The notes under the pieces were generated by a model. That model made no database searches, was not told the DNA's origin, and was given only the letters and a program-made list of their open reading frames with translations. The translations under genes and the position numbers were made by a program. A DNA stretch of 64,000 nucleotides. Origin: an uncultured Ignavibacteriaceae bacterium. GTDB lineage: Bacteria > Bacteroidota > Ignavibacteria > Ch128b. The stretch lies in assembly GCA_964527925.1 (NCBI GenBank), contig CAZGQO010000001.1, positions 397,742 to 461,741 on the forward strand, in the 5' to 3' direction. Shown here piece by piece: positions 21,579 through 35,201 of the stretch; position 1 is the first letter of the stretch, and every line of letters begins with the position of its first letter.

Positions 21579-22172
21579 TCATCCGGAAAAATATTTCCTA
21601 CTCAAGTACTCTCTTAATTTCACCAGAGCTTTGTATCGATGACTGATTTTATTTTTAATTTCAGAAGGAAGTTCAGCGTAAGTTAATTCAAAACCATCAG
21701 GTTTGAATAATGGATCATAACCAAAACCATTGTTTCCTCTTGGTTCATCAATAATTTCACCAGTAACTTCCCCAATAAAAATTTCATCTTCATCTTTCGA
21801 TTTAAAGTTTATAACGCATATGAATTTTGCCGTGTGCGGTTTCGGTTTAGCCTTGAGTTCTTGAAGAAGTTTTTCATTATTCTCCTGATAGTCATGTTCA
21901 ACACCTGCATAGCGAGATGAATAGATTCCAGGTTCACCATTTAATGCGTCAACCATTAATCCAGAATCGTCAGCAAAAGTTGAAATATTTGTCAATTCAA
22001 AAACTGTGTGAGCCTTTTTCTTTGCATTGCCTTCAAAATCTGGTGCATCTTCAGTAACCTGAACATTCAAATTCAAATCTTGAAGCGCTAGAACTTCGAC
22101 ATTCAGGTCAGAAAGAATTTCCCGTGCTTCTTTTAATTTATGTGGATTGTTGGTTGCAAAAATTAATTTCAT
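21579..22172 (-). CDS. rdgB: non-canonical purine NTP pyrophosphatase (Ham1/RdgB)
   Basis: 197 aa with the MKLIFATNNPHKLKE N-terminus and the FGYDPLF motif. Confidence 0.85.
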   Translation of the reverse strand: MKLIFATNNPHKLKEAREILSDLNVEVLALQDLNLNVQVTEDAPDFEGNAKKKAHTVFELTNISTFADDSGLMVDALNGEPGIYSSRYAGVEHDYQENNEKLLQELKAKPKPHTAKFICVINFKSKDEDEIFIGEVTGEIIDEPRGNNGFGYDPLFKPDGFELTYAELPSEIKNKISHRYKALVKLREYLSRKYFSG

Positions 22173-22177
22173 ATAAA

Positions 22178-23521
22178 TCAGTTAACTCTATTTAAGAGTG
22201 TTCTGAGTTCTTCACTTGATTTTTGTTTAACTTCATCAACATCAAGAGTTTTGAACTCGCGATTAAAATAAACCCAATTCCCATCAATCATCACACTCTT
22301 TATGTTAGTATGATCACATGAATAAACTATCGTTGAGTACAAATTCTCTTCCGAAATCAAAACTGAGTTATGAATTTGATTGAGTTCAAGCAAAACAAGG
22401 TCTGCAATTTTCCCTTCTTCAATACTTCCAACTAACTTGTCGATATGCAATGCTTTTGCACCGCCGAGTGTTGCCAGTTCAAAAACCGTTTTTGCATCCA
22501 TTATTGTAGGGCCATGAAATGGTTTTTGAATTAGTGAAGCAAGCCGCATTTCAACAAAGATATCAAGATAGTTGTTACAAGGTGCACCATCAGCACCGAG
22601 TGAAACAGAAATGTTTTCTTTCAGATATCTTGGAATGTTTGCAATTCCTGATGCAAGTTTTAAGTTGGAAGATGGACAGTGAAGAACTCGTGCATTTCTT
22701 TTCTTCATCAATTGAATTTCATTTTCATTTAACCAGATGCAATGAGCAATACAACTTTTATCATTGAGTATATTTAATTCTTCAAAACTTTCAATATTAT
22801 CTTTTCCTGTTCTTTTTCGAACTGCATCAAGTTCAGATTTGTTTTCGCTTGCGTGAGTGTGAAAAAGTGAATTAGGAAAATCATTCAACATCTGATTTGT
22901 TTCTCTTAACAAATTATCTGAACATGTTAAAATGAATCTTGGAGCAAAAGCATACTTAATCCTTCCATTCGCAGAATTGTGAAAAATTTTTGCTAGTTCT
23001 TCTGACGATTTGAGTGCACTTTCAGTCGATTCGGAAAGTTTAGAATAAAGTGTATTGATATCCATCATTGCCTTGCCATGAAATGCCCTCAGACCGGTTG
23101 AAATCAATTGGTCAAAAATTATGTCTGAATGATGTAAACTGCCCATATCAAGAATTGTTGTTGTTCCACATCTAATCAATTCACTAATTCCAAGCAGTGC
23201 TGAATATTTAATTGAATCTTTGTTGTGAGCATATTCATAAGGCATAATTTTCATTTGAAGCCAATCGAGTAACTCAAGATCATCAGCTAAACCTCGAAAG
23301 ATAGTTTGACAAAGATGAATATGGGTTTGAATAAAACCAGGTATTAAGACTTCATCATTAGCATTGATGATTTTGATGCTGTTTTCTTTTGCGTACTGTT
23401 CAAGTCTATCTGTTTTATCGATTTTTTCTATTTTGTTTTCATTAATGAGTACGGAGTGATTAGATAGGATTTCATAATTACGATTCATCGTAATTATGTA
23501 TTTAGGCGAGATTACAATCAT
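22178..23521 (-). CDS. amidohydrolase, MtaD/SAH deaminase (atrazine chlorohydrolase) family
   Basis: 447 aa with the metal-binding motif GFIQTHIHLCQ and an HASE...D pattern. Confidence 0.7.
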   Translation of the reverse strand: MIVISPKYIITMNRNYEILSNHSVLINENKIEKIDKTDRLEQYAKENSIKIINANDEVLIPGFIQTHIHLCQTIFRGLADDLELLDWLQMKIMPYEYAHNKDSIKYSALLGISELIRCGTTTILDMGSLHHSDIIFDQLISTGLRAFHGKAMMDINTLYSKLSESTESALKSSEELAKIFHNSANGRIKYAFAPRFILTCSDNLLRETNQMLNDFPNSLFHTHASENKSELDAVRKRTGKDNIESFEELNILNDKSCIAHCIWLNENEIQLMKKRNARVLHCPSSNLKLASGIANIPRYLKENISVSLGADGAPCNNYLDIFVEMRLASLIQKPFHGPTIMDAKTVFELATLGGAKALHIDKLVGSIEEGKIADLVLLELNQIHNSVLISEENLYSTIVYSCDHTNIKSVMIDGNWVYFNREFKTLDVDEVKQKSSEELRTLLNRVN

Positions 23522-23898
23522 TTGTTTTTCTCGATTATTTCATCCAGAACTGAGAATGCATATCTCAAGTGAGGGATAACAATTGAACCACCTACTATTA
23601 ATGCAATATTCATAGCTTCATAAAGTTCTTCTTTTGTTGCACCAAGTTTGATGCATTGTTCAAGATGATAAAAGACGCAATCGTTACATCTCAGAACCAT
23701 TGATGCAACAAGACCCATCATTTCTTTATACTTTGATGGAACTGAACCTTCGTGATATGCTTTTGTATCAAGGGCAAAAAATTTTTTGAAATCACTGAAG
23801 CCAGAGTTCAATATTTTTTCATTCATTTGACTACGAAAAAGATGAAAATCTTCATATTTACTCATATTAATCCTTTCAATCTTACCAGAGATAGCCAA
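23518..23898 (-). CDS. carboxymuconolactone decarboxylase (AhpD-like) family protein
   Basis: 126 aa with the CNDCVFYH Cys-x2-Cys/His core of the CMD family. Confidence 0.7.
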   Translation of the reverse strand: MAISGKIERINMSKYEDFHLFRSQMNEKILNSGFSDFKKFFALDTKAYHEGSVPSKYKEMMGLVASMVLRCNDCVFYHLEQCIKLGATKEELYEAMNIALIVGGSIVIPHLRYAFSVLDEIIEKNK

Positions 23899-24392
23899 GA
23901 TTTAATCCTGCAATCAAAGAAGCACCACCAAAAGACAATCCTGCAATCTGACCGAAATAATATCTTAATCCACCAAAAACTTCTACACCAAATTGATTGA
24001 AATTCCATTTATAACCAATATCTCCACCCACTCCAAGGAAAGTGCTTGAATGAGTCACAGGTGTAATTAGATATTTTTCTTTTGCATTCCAGAACAAAAT
24101 ATCAGCAGATGGACCATACCATAATCCAACCACAGGTTTTGAATCCTGATACCATCGATAAGCTCCACCAAAACCAAACGCTAAATTTGAAAAAGAACCA
24201 ATATCATATCCAACAAAATTTGCGCGAAGTGCAATTGAGTTATCGTTGTCATAACGAAATTCATATTGCACATTCATAACTCCCCAGAATAAACCAAGTG
24301 GATTTGCCATAACCGCTCGTCTTGGTTGAGCGTAAATTATTGTGCTGCTTATTATAAAAAGTATAAATAAATTTTTGCTCATAACGACCCTC

Positions 24393-24409
<17 letters not shown>
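23882..24409 (-). CDS. small secreted outer-membrane β-barrel protein (DUF3575-like)
   Basis: About 175 aa. Signal peptide [19 protein letters not shown], Gly/Tyr/aromatic-rich amphipathic strands, and a C-terminal GYLW ending typical of β-barrels. The start may instead be the internal ATG near 24382. Confidence 0.5.
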
Positions 24410-27227
<2,818 letters not shown>

Positions 27228-27309
27228 ATAGTAATAATTATCTCACAAATTTAACTTTCATATTAAATAATATAATTTTGATTTTCAAATAAAACGAATT
27301 GGAAAAACA

Positions 27310-27891
27310 ATGAACTATTTTACTGTTAATGAAATTTATACTTCTGAAATCTTTGTTAAAGATTCCAGATTCATCGGAATTCTAATTCCAATAAATTCAA
27401 AAGATGAATTTCAGGAGTTTTTAAACAAACTCTGGAAAGAAAATCCAAAAGCCAGACATATTTGCTATGCTTATATTTTAGATGAAATTAACTATCATTA
27501 CTATGACGATGGTGAACCAAGTGGAACAGCTGGATTAAGAATATACACTGCTATGAAAATTAAGAAACTATCCAGATGTGCATTGTATGTGATCAGATAT
27601 TTTGGTGGAACAAAACTGGGAACTGGACCTCTTGCTAAAGCTTATTTTGACATTAGTATGAAAGTAATCAACGAAGCCAAGATTGTTGAAAAATTTGAAT
27701 CAAAAACTTTTCATATAGAATTAGACTACCCTGTATATCAAAAAGTGAAAAACATTTTAAATGAATTCTCAATTGATTCCATGAAAATTTCTTATACTGA
27801 AAAAGTTCTATGTGAGGTAAATGTTCGAATTGATAAAATTGATGAATTTGTAAAATTACTCAATAATTCTGGTGTGATTGTGAAAGACTAA
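27310..27891 (+). CDS. yigZ: YigZ/IMPACT family protein
   Basis: 193 aa with the IMPACT N-domain motifs (HICYAY, DDGEPSGTAG, YFGGTKLGTG). Confidence 0.75.
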   Translation: MNYFTVNEIYTSEIFVKDSRFIGILIPINSKDEFQEFLNKLWKENPKARHICYAYILDEINYHYYDDGEPSGTAGLRIYTAMKIKKLSRCALYVIRYFGGTKLGTGPLAKAYFDISMKVINEAKIVEKFESKTFHIELDYPVYQKVKNILNEFSIDSMKISYTEKVLCEVNVRIDKIDEFVKLLNNSGVIVKD

Positions 27892-28328
27892 AATTGATTT
27901 TGTGTTCTTTTCCTTTCATTCAAAAAGAGTTTGATTCCACTAAAATCATTTATTAAAGAAAGCAGCCTATTAAAACTTGCCTGACTCATCTCAAAAAATC
28001 TTCTTCTAAAACTCTCTCTTTCAAATTCGTTAAAGCCTGAAATCATTTCATTAAGTTTAGATTTTATTTGATCAAGAGCCTCAGCCAAATTTTTTTCCAT
28101 TTCCTTTTTGTAATCATCCGAGACATCAGCTTCTGTCTGACTCAAGATTTTCAGAAGTCCCGAACAGTATTTTGCAGAGAAGGAAATATCTTCCAAAAGC
28201 TGCGTGTTTTCCAACCTGAAAATTGTTTCAATTAGATTAAAGACATCGAGTTCATTTTTAATATCTGTTTTTGAAAATCTTTTATAATCATTCAAAAAAT
28301 TTTCTGCTTGAGTTATTGAGTCTGACAT
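27888..28328 (-). CDS. hypothetical protein (predicted helical, cytoplasmic)
   Basis: 146-aa ORF with no recognisable motif. It is the last gene of the lepA-lepB-S8 co-directional run, separated from the S8 start by 1 nt. Confidence 0.4.
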   Translation of the reverse strand: MSDSITQAENFLNDYKRFSKTDIKNELDVFNLIETIFRLENTQLLEDISFSAKYCSGLLKILSQTEADVSDDYKKEMEKNLAEALDQIKSKLNEMISGFNEFERESFRRRFFEMSQASFNRLLSLINDFSGIKLFLNERKRTQNQF

Positions 28329-28329
28329 A

Positions 28330-30306
28330 TCAATAATTCCTTAATAGTATCATTTTTTTTGTTTGGTTAAAGTTTTTCGATTTGAACCGATACAAATAAA
28401 TTCCATTGGCTGCAGGTCGACCGTCGTCATCTCTTCCATCCCAGAAAAATGATTGATACACTCCCTTTGAAAGGAAACTATTGCTGATTAGAGTTCTGAC
28501 TTTTCTTCCAAGTATATCATAAATTTCGAAATCAACTACATCATCAACAGGTAATTTGAATCTAAAGTTTGTTTTGGAGATGAAAGGATTCGGATAGTTT
28601 TGTTCAAGATCGAATGTAGTAAGATTTATAGGATTTAATTGAATTAAATCAATTTGTTTTGATTTCAATTTTAACAAATAGTAAAGATTATCATCTGGAA
28701 CTCGAAGTTTTTTATTTGCTGTTACTACTTCAAAGTAAAATCCATATATTTTATTTTCATCAAGGTCAGATAAATCAACTCTATATTTAATCTGATTTTC
28801 TATAAACATCTTTCGTGAACTTAAAAGTGCACCATCTTCATCTGTCAAAACAGTAATCACACTATCAATTGCTAAAGAATCAATAAAAGTTTTATATAAA
28901 TAAGTTAAACTTCCACGTGAGATTAGAACAGGATAAGAAACAGCTTTTCTTGCATTTGCAATTCCCCAGCCATAAATAGTATCAGGTCTATTTGCTTGAC
29001 TTGCTGTTTTTCTAATTATATCCCTCACCTGATATTGATCAATCTCTGGATAATTTGAAATTAAGAGTCCTGCAATTCCAGCTACAATTGGAGTTGCTGC
29101 GGATGTGCCTGTTGCTGTTGTATAATTTAAATAAGTTCCTGGTGAAACTGTATAAATAGAAACACCCATTGCACAAACATCGGGTTTGATTCTTCCATCG
29201 CTTGTTGGACCTCGAGACGAAAATCCAGCAATATATCCATTAGAATACACCGCACCTACTGCGAGAACATAATTAGCATCAGCTGGAGAAACTATGTACT
29301 TCCATGGGGAATTGAATTCGTTACCTGCAGCAGTCACTGTCACTACACCACGAACAAAAGCAGAATCAACAGCTCTTGCAACAATTGTTGTTCTTCCATT
29401 CATATCCCGATAAGTATAGCTTTCCATTGGATCATCAAACTCACTATAACCAAGAGAGCTACTTGTAACATCAACTCCTAATCTTTCCATCCATTCTAAA
29501 GCTGCAGCGTAGTTATCTTCTTCTATTCTTCTTTCACTTCGAATGTCTTCTGTTTTCGCAAGGATATATTTTGAGTTATAAGATGCACCATAGAGTTTAC
29601 CATCTTTTTTGCCGGCAATAATTCCAAGAATCATTGTTCCATGAATATCCTGTGAAGGATGATCATTAGGTCCGTTTGCTGTTACAGAATCCTGAAATAC
29701 AAAATCATATTCAGCGATTACATTTGTATTTTCAATTGCTTCGTGTGTTTTCCATCTGAATCCAGAATCAAGCAAACCAATAATTACATTCTCACCAGTT
29801 ATTCCTTTTGAATGAACTGCTGGAATTTCGGAGAGATTTAGTTGGGTAAAAGAGTTTCCGTAATCGTTTGTAACTTTTGAGAGAGTTTCTTCCAGCAAAA
29901 TTTCATCATCAAATTTTTTCTTAAAAGATTTAACTCTCTCAATTTTTTCAACGAATTCAAAAGATTGAATTATCTCAATTTGATTTTCATCTAAATAACA
30001 AGAAACAGCATTGAACCAGTTTAATTTGTTAATAATTTTTATTCCCAGATTTTCAATTGCTTTGATGTAAGGTTCGTAAATCGGATAATCACCGTAAAGA
30101 AAAAATTGACCATTTAAAGCTTTTCTTCTTCTTTTGAGTGCTTTTGGAGAGAAACTTTTTGAGAGCTCAGATTCAATTGAAGATTTGTTGAAATAAGTTC
30201 TATTGGCTTCACCTTTATCTTTGAAAAAGATAAAATATTTTTTTTGAGATGAAAGTCCTGCCGTCAGTAAAATTATCAGAAAGAAACCAATAAACTTTAA
30301 ATTCAT
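28330..30306 (-). CDS. S8 (subtilisin-like) serine peptidase with T9SS C-terminal sorting domain
   Basis: 658 aa with a signal peptide, an I9-like propeptide and the Asp/His/Ser catalytic motifs (GLLDSGF, HGTMILG, GTSAATP). The C-terminus (NYPNPF...EIYDILGRKV...GIYLYRF...KKMILLRNY) matches the T9SS type-A CTD. Confidence 0.85.
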   Translation of the reverse strand: MNLKFIGFFLIILLTAGLSSQKKYFIFFKDKGEANRTYFNKSSIESELSKSFSPKALKRRRKALNGQFFLYGDYPIYEPYIKAIENLGIKIINKLNWFNAVSCYLDENQIEIIQSFEFVEKIERVKSFKKKFDDEILLEETLSKVTNDYGNSFTQLNLSEIPAVHSKGITGENVIIGLLDSGFRWKTHEAIENTNVIAEYDFVFQDSVTANGPNDHPSQDIHGTMILGIIAGKKDGKLYGASYNSKYILAKTEDIRSERRIEEDNYAAALEWMERLGVDVTSSSLGYSEFDDPMESYTYRDMNGRTTIVARAVDSAFVRGVVTVTAAGNEFNSPWKYIVSPADANYVLAVGAVYSNGYIAGFSSRGPTSDGRIKPDVCAMGVSIYTVSPGTYLNYTTATGTSAATPIVAGIAGLLISNYPEIDQYQVRDIIRKTASQANRPDTIYGWGIANARKAVSYPVLISRGSLTYLYKTFIDSLAIDSVITVLTDEDGALLSSRKMFIENQIKYRVDLSDLDENKIYGFYFEVVTANKKLRVPDDNLYYLLKLKSKQIDLIQLNPINLTTFDLEQNYPNPFISKTNFRFKLPVDDVVDFEIYDILGRKVRTLISNSFLSKGVYQSFFWDGRDDDGRPAANGIYLYRFKSKNFNQTKKMILLRNY

Positions 30307-30318
30307 TGATTTTACAAT

Positions 30319-31263
30319 TTAATTCGTGATCAATTTTGCAATTCGTTTAATTCTAACGGTTGACAACTTTTTGAAGAAATCAGGGAATAGCGGCAGTTCT
30401 TTATCCCATGACCAGTAAATAATTAACGGCTCACCAATTATTAAATCTTCAGGAACATATCCCCAGAAACGACTATCCGCACTATCATCTCTGTTATCAC
30501 CCATCATGAAGTAATAATTCTTTTTAATCACATAAGTTTTAGCTGGTTTTCCATCAATAAAAATTTCATCACCTCTTACACTTACCACTTCACGACCATA
30601 CTCTCGATTAATTAAAGTTCGATATTGTTCTATATTTTGTAACGATAATTGTATCGTGTCGCCTTTTTTAGGAACATAAAGAGGTCCATAGTTATCTTCA
30701 TTAAAGTTAGAAAATCTTGGAAAGATGAATGGATTACCAACTCCTCTTGGCGTTGGTACTGGATTTAGAAATTTCATTTTTGGCGGAGGTGGAAATAACT
30801 CTCCGTTTACATACAATACTTTATCAACAATTGTGATTGTGTCACCAGGAATCCCAACACATCTTTTGATGTAATTCATAATTTCTACATGACGCAGCTC
30901 GTCTCTATCACCTGGATATTCAAAAACTATCACATCACCTCTTTTCACAATTTTTAATTTTGGGAATTGATAATAAGGCAGTGCAACATTTGTGAAAGGA
31001 ATATTTCTTGGAGTTGTTGCACCCAATGTGAATTTTGTCACGAGAAGAAAATCACCTGGAAGTAAAGTGTCTTCCATCGAACCAGTTGGAATTGTATAAG
31101 CTTCAACAACAAAGGTTTTTAAGATTAATGCGGCAACCGCAGCCCAAAGTAAGTTTTTCACATTATCAATAAATTTTTCCTTAGCTGTTCTCTTTGCTTT
31201 TTGTTCTTCTTTAATTCGTTTTCTTTCTCTTCTTTTTTCAAAATAATTTTTGAACCAATCCAT
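30319..31263 (-). CDS. lepB: signal peptidase I
   Basis: About 314 aa with one N-terminal TM segment, the catalytic Ser motif GSMEDTL, GDNRDDSADSRFWG and a Lys box. The listed ORF extends to 31338 into lepA; the internal ATG at 31263 is preferred. Confidence 0.85.
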   Translation of the reverse strand: MDWFKNYFEKRRERKRIKEEQKAKRTAKEKFIDNVKNLLWAAVAALILKTFVVEAYTIPTGSMEDTLLPGDFLLVTKFTLGATTPRNIPFTNVALPYYQFPKLKIVKRGDVIVFEYPGDRDELRHVEIMNYIKRCVGIPGDTITIVDKVLYVNGELFPPPPKMKFLNPVPTPRGVGNPFIFPRFSNFNEDNYGPLYVPKKGDTIQLSLQNIEQYRTLINREYGREVVSVRGDEIFIDGKPAKTYVIKKNYYFMMGDNRDDSADSRFWGYVPEDLIIGEPLIIYWSWDKELPLFPDFFKKLSTVRIKRIAKLITN

Positions 31264-31285
31264 TATTACTCCTTTACTAATATTT

Positions 31286-33094
31286 TTAATCTTCCATTGA
31301 AAGAATAGCCAGAAATGCTTCCTGTGGAATTTCCACATTTCCGACTTGCTTCATACGCTTCTTACCTTCTTTCTGTTTCTCAAGTAATTTTCTTTTTCTT
31401 GTCACATCACCGCCATAACATTTTGCAAGAACATTTTTCCTTAAAGGTTTGATTACATCACGAGCGATGACTTTACTTCCAATTGCTGCTTGAATAACGA
31501 CTTCAAATAATTGTCGTGGAATTAACTCCTTAAGTTTTGAACACAACTTTCTTCCCCATTCATACGCTTTAGATCTATGAACAATGAAAGAAAATGCATC
31601 AACAGGATCTCCATTTAAAAGAATCTCAACTTTCACAAGATCTGATTCGCGATAACCAATAAACTCATAATCAAACGATGCGTAACCACGAGAGATTGAT
31701 TTCAACTTATCATAAAAGTCAAAGATTATTTCTGAAAGTGGTAATTCATATTGCATATCTACTCGAGTCGAACTTAAATAAGTTGTACTTTTATGAATTC
31801 CTCTTCGATCCATGCATAGTTTCATTATACTTCCAACGAATTCACCAGGTGTGACAATCTGAGCTTTCACAAATGGTTCTTCTATAAAATCAATTTCACC
31901 AAGAGGTGGCATGTGAGCAGGATTATCAACAATAATTTTTTCACCGTTTCGTTTAGTTACATGATACTCAACATTGGGAATTGTCGTGATTATGTCCTGA
32001 TTAAACTCTCGTGATAACCTTTCCTGAACAATTTCCATGTGGAGCAATCCTAAAAATCCGCATCGGAAACCAAATCCAAGGGCAGCAGAAGTTTCCGGTT
32101 GATAGGTTAAAGCAGCATCATTTAAAACATACTTATCGAGAGCATCACGAAGTTCTTGATACTTATCACTATTGGTTGGATAGAGTCCGCTGAAAACCAT
32201 AGGTTTGACTTCTTTGTAACCGTGGAGCGGTTCGGTTGCTGGATTATCAATATTAGTGATTGTATCTCCAACTTTTGTATCGTGAACATCTTTCACACCA
32301 GCAATCAAATAACCAACATTTCCCGATTCGAGATATCCAGTTCTAACTGGTTTTAATTCTAAAATACCTACTTCTTCAGCAATAAAAGTTTTTGATGTTC
32401 TGAAAAATTTTATTTTTTGACCTTCTCGAATTTCACCATCAAAAATTCTGATGTAAGTTATCACTCCTCGATATGTATCATATTTAGAATCGAAAATTAA
32501 AGCACGCAAAGGTTTATTTTTTCCATCAACAGGCGGCGGGATTCTTCCAACAATTGCTTTTAGAACTTCATCAACACCGATTTTTTGTTTGGCTGAAACA
32601 AGTATTATTTCTTCTTTCTTACATCCAATCAAATCAATTATTTGCTGCGAGACATTTTCAATATCAGCACTTGGTAAATCAATTTTATTTATGACTGGAA
32701 TAATCTCAAGTCCCGCTTCAATTGCCATGTAAAGATTACTGATTGTTTGAGCTTCAACTCCCTGAGAAGCATCGACAACCAGCAGAGCACCTTCGCATGC
32801 AGCAAGTGAACGAGAAACTTCGTAAGTAAAATCGACATGACCAGGAGTATCGATGAGATTTAAGATATATTGTTTCCCATCGGTATGTTGATACTTCATT
32901 TGAACAGCATGAGACTTTATAGTAATCCCTCGCTCACGCTCAAGATCCATATCATCAAGAACCTGATCCACAAGTTCTCTTTCAGTTATGGCTCCTGTTC
33001 TTTCAAGTAATCTATCGGCTAAAGTTGATTTACCGTGATCAATATGAGCAATAATGCAAAAATTCCTGAATTCAGACATAATCTCTTTCTTCAT
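31286..33094 (-). CDS. lepA: translation elongation factor 4
   Basis: 602 aa with the [18 protein letters not shown]-domain and the LepA-specific C-terminal domain. The start could equally be 33094 or the ATG at 33079. Confidence 0.95.
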   Translation of the reverse strand: MKKEIMSEFRNFCIIAHIDHGKSTLADRLLERTGAITERELVDQVLDDMDLERERGITIKSHAVQMKYQHTDGKQYILNLIDTPGHVDFTYEVSRSLAACEGALLVVDASQGVEAQTISNLYMAIEAGLEIIPVINKIDLPSADIENVSQQIIDLIGCKKEEIILVSAKQKIGVDEVLKAIVGRIPPPVDGKNKPLRALIFDSKYDTYRGVITYIRIFDGEIREGQKIKFFRTSKTFIAEEVGILELKPVRTGYLESGNVGYLIAGVKDVHDTKVGDTITNIDNPATEPLHGYKEVKPMVFSGLYPTNSDKYQELRDALDKYVLNDAALTYQPETSAALGFGFRCGFLGLLHMEIVQERLSREFNQDIITTIPNVEYHVTKRNGEKIIVDNPAHMPPLGEIDFIEEPFVKAQIVTPGEFVGSIMKLCMDRRGIHKSTTYLSSTRVDMQYELPLSEIIFDFYDKLKSISRGYASFDYEFIGYRESDLVKVEILLNGDPVDAFSFIVHRSKAYEWGRKLCSKLKELIPRQLFEVVIQAAIGSKVIARDVIKPLRKNVLAKCYGGDVTRKRKLLEKQKEGKKRMKQVGNVEIPQEAFLAILSMED

Positions 33095-33386
33095 GAAATT
33101 AAGTTAATCTGAGTGAAGATATACAAAGGAATAAACTAAATTATTTTTTTCAATATATCATTGAACTTAGATATTTTTCAATAATTGAAATTTAATTTTA
33201 GATGAAAATTTGCATTAACTTATCAAATTAAACAAAATTATTACTCTGGTTTAGAACGCAAAAAATAGACTTGGTTACAAAATTTAAGAGAGCATGCAAC
33301 CACTTCATAATCAAAATTCTTCAGCAGTGGTTCAATAAAACCGAATTAGAATTTTATTTTTAGTTTAGAAAAAAGAATAAAGTGAA

Positions 33387-35201
33387 ATGAAAAATTTAAT
33401 ATCAAAATCAGCAATCATTATGCTTTTCATTTGTTCTAATTTATTTTCTCAGATCATCTTTGGTTGGATTTCGGATACCCACATTGGTTCACCCGGTGCA
33501 GAAGAAGATCTTTTGAAAGTTGTGAACGTGATAAACAAACAAAATGTACTCTTTACAATTATCTCAGGAGATATAGCTGAAAAAGGTTCAGATAAAGAAC
33601 TCATCTCTGCCAAAAAGATTTTTGAAAAATTAAATCGACCTTACTTCATTATTCCAGGCAATCACGATACAAAATGGAGCGAATCTGGATGTACAAAATT
33701 TTCCCAGATTTTTGGTGATAACAGGTTTTTCTTTCTTTATAATGATTATTGTTTTATTGGAATCAATAGTGGAATCCCTTTGCGAGGAGGCGGCGGACAC
33801 ATTGCACCCGAAGATATTGAATGGTTGAAACACAAACTGAGTAAACTATCTTCTTCAACGAAAGTTATTTTAACGGTTCATCACCCGGCAAACTCTGAAA
33901 TTGACAACAATAGAGAATTACTCAGATTGCTAAATAAATTTGATAAAGTTTTGATACTGGTTGGTCATGGTCATTCAAATCGTTCATTAAACTCTGATGG
34001 AATCAAAGGTGTGATGGGAAGGTCAAGTTTGAGTAAGTCTGAATCACCAGGATTTAATCTTGTGAAACTTCAAAATGACAGCGTCTGGATCGAAACGCAC
34101 AACTTAGAGAATAAAAAATTATGGTATCAGAACTCGTTGTATAAAATTAGTTCTGAAAAAGATCTGGAAAAAATTCAAATGGACTCAGTTAAATCAGACA
34201 TTAAAAGAATTTTCGATTCAAAAACATCTCTTGTGAAAACAGGAGTTTTGATTGGAAAAAATTTACTACTTGCGGATTTGAATGGTTATGTTTATTCAAT
34301 ATCTCTAACTGGTCGAATCAACTGGGAAAAATATTTCGCAACTCCTTTTTTCGCTAAACCTGTTGTATATAAAAACAAAATAATCTTCGCAGGTTCTGAT
34401 GGAAGTATTTTTATTCTCAATCAAAAAAATGGAAAGTTAATTAAGAAGTATAATCTAAATTCTTACATCATTGCAACCCCTGTAATCGTTAAAGACAGAT
34501 TGGTTGTTTTTACAAATGATGGTTGCGTTCAAATAATCAATTTGAAAAGTGATAAAATAATCAGGAAGAAAGTTGCGGAAAGGAATTTTGAAACAATTCC
34601 TTTCACTTTTAATCAGAACATATTAATTGGTAACTGGGATAATTTCCTTTACAATTTGGTTGTTCACAAAGGTGATTCAATTTCAGTTGAATGGAAATGG
34701 ATGGAGAACAAAAATTTTTATTACTCACCTGCTGCTTGTTTTCCAGTAATCGATAAGTTTGATAGAATATTTGTTTCAACTCCTGACAAATTTATTTCTG
34801 GAATAGATTTGAAAACTGGCAGAACTGTGTTTCGGTCCAATGATTTTAATGCGTGGGAATCGATTGGAATTGATGATGAAAAGAAAACACTATTTGTCAA
34901 AGGTCTCGTAGATACACTTTATGCAGTCTCGTTGAGTGGTTCCACACCTCAATTATTCTGGAAATCTTTTATAGGTTATGGTCTTGACACAAATCCAATC
35001 CCGCTTTCATTTTTTCAGAACAAAATTTTGGTTCCAGCGAAAAATGGTAATCTTTATGTAGTTGATTCCAAAACAGGCAAGCTGATTAATTCATTTTTTC
35101 TGGGAAATGCAAGACTTAATAACATCGTAAAACTAAATCAAAATGAAGTAATCGTTTCAAACATGGATGGAGAAATTTATAGAGTGAAAATTAATCAATG
35201 A
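33387..35201 (+). CDS. secreted metallophosphoesterase fused to a PQQ-like β-propeller repeat domain
   Basis: 604 aa with a signal peptide and an N-terminal calcineurin-like phosphoesterase domain (GDIAEKG, GNHD, VHHP, GHGH motifs). The C-terminal roughly 330 aa contain repeated β-propeller blades with D/G-x-Y/F-x-L/V spacing. Confidence 0.6.
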   Translation: MKNLISKSAIIMLFICSNLFSQIIFGWISDTHIGSPGAEEDLLKVVNVINKQNVLFTIISGDIAEKGSDKELISAKKIFEKLNRPYFIIPGNHDTKWSESGCTKFSQIFGDNRFFFLYNDYCFIGINSGIPLRGGGGHIAPEDIEWLKHKLSKLSSSTKVILTVHHPANSEIDNNRELLRLLNKFDKVLILVGHGHSNRSLNSDGIKGVMGRSSLSKSESPGFNLVKLQNDSVWIETHNLENKKLWYQNSLYKISSEKDLEKIQMDSVKSDIKRIFDSKTSLVKTGVLIGKNLLLADLNGYVYSISLTGRINWEKYFATPFFAKPVVYKNKIIFAGSDGSIFILNQKNGKLIKKYNLNSYIIATPVIVKDRLVVFTNDGCVQIINLKSDKIIRKKVAERNFETIPFTFNQNILIGNWDNFLYNLVVHKGDSISVEWKWMENKNFYYSPAACFPVIDKFDRIFVSTPDKFISGIDLKTGRTVFRSNDFNAWESIGIDDEKKTLFVKGLVDTLYAVSLSGSTPQLFWKSFIGYGLDTNPIPLSFFQNKILVPAKNGNLYVVDSKTGKLINSFFLGNARLNNIVKLNQNEVIVSNMDGEIYRVKINQ

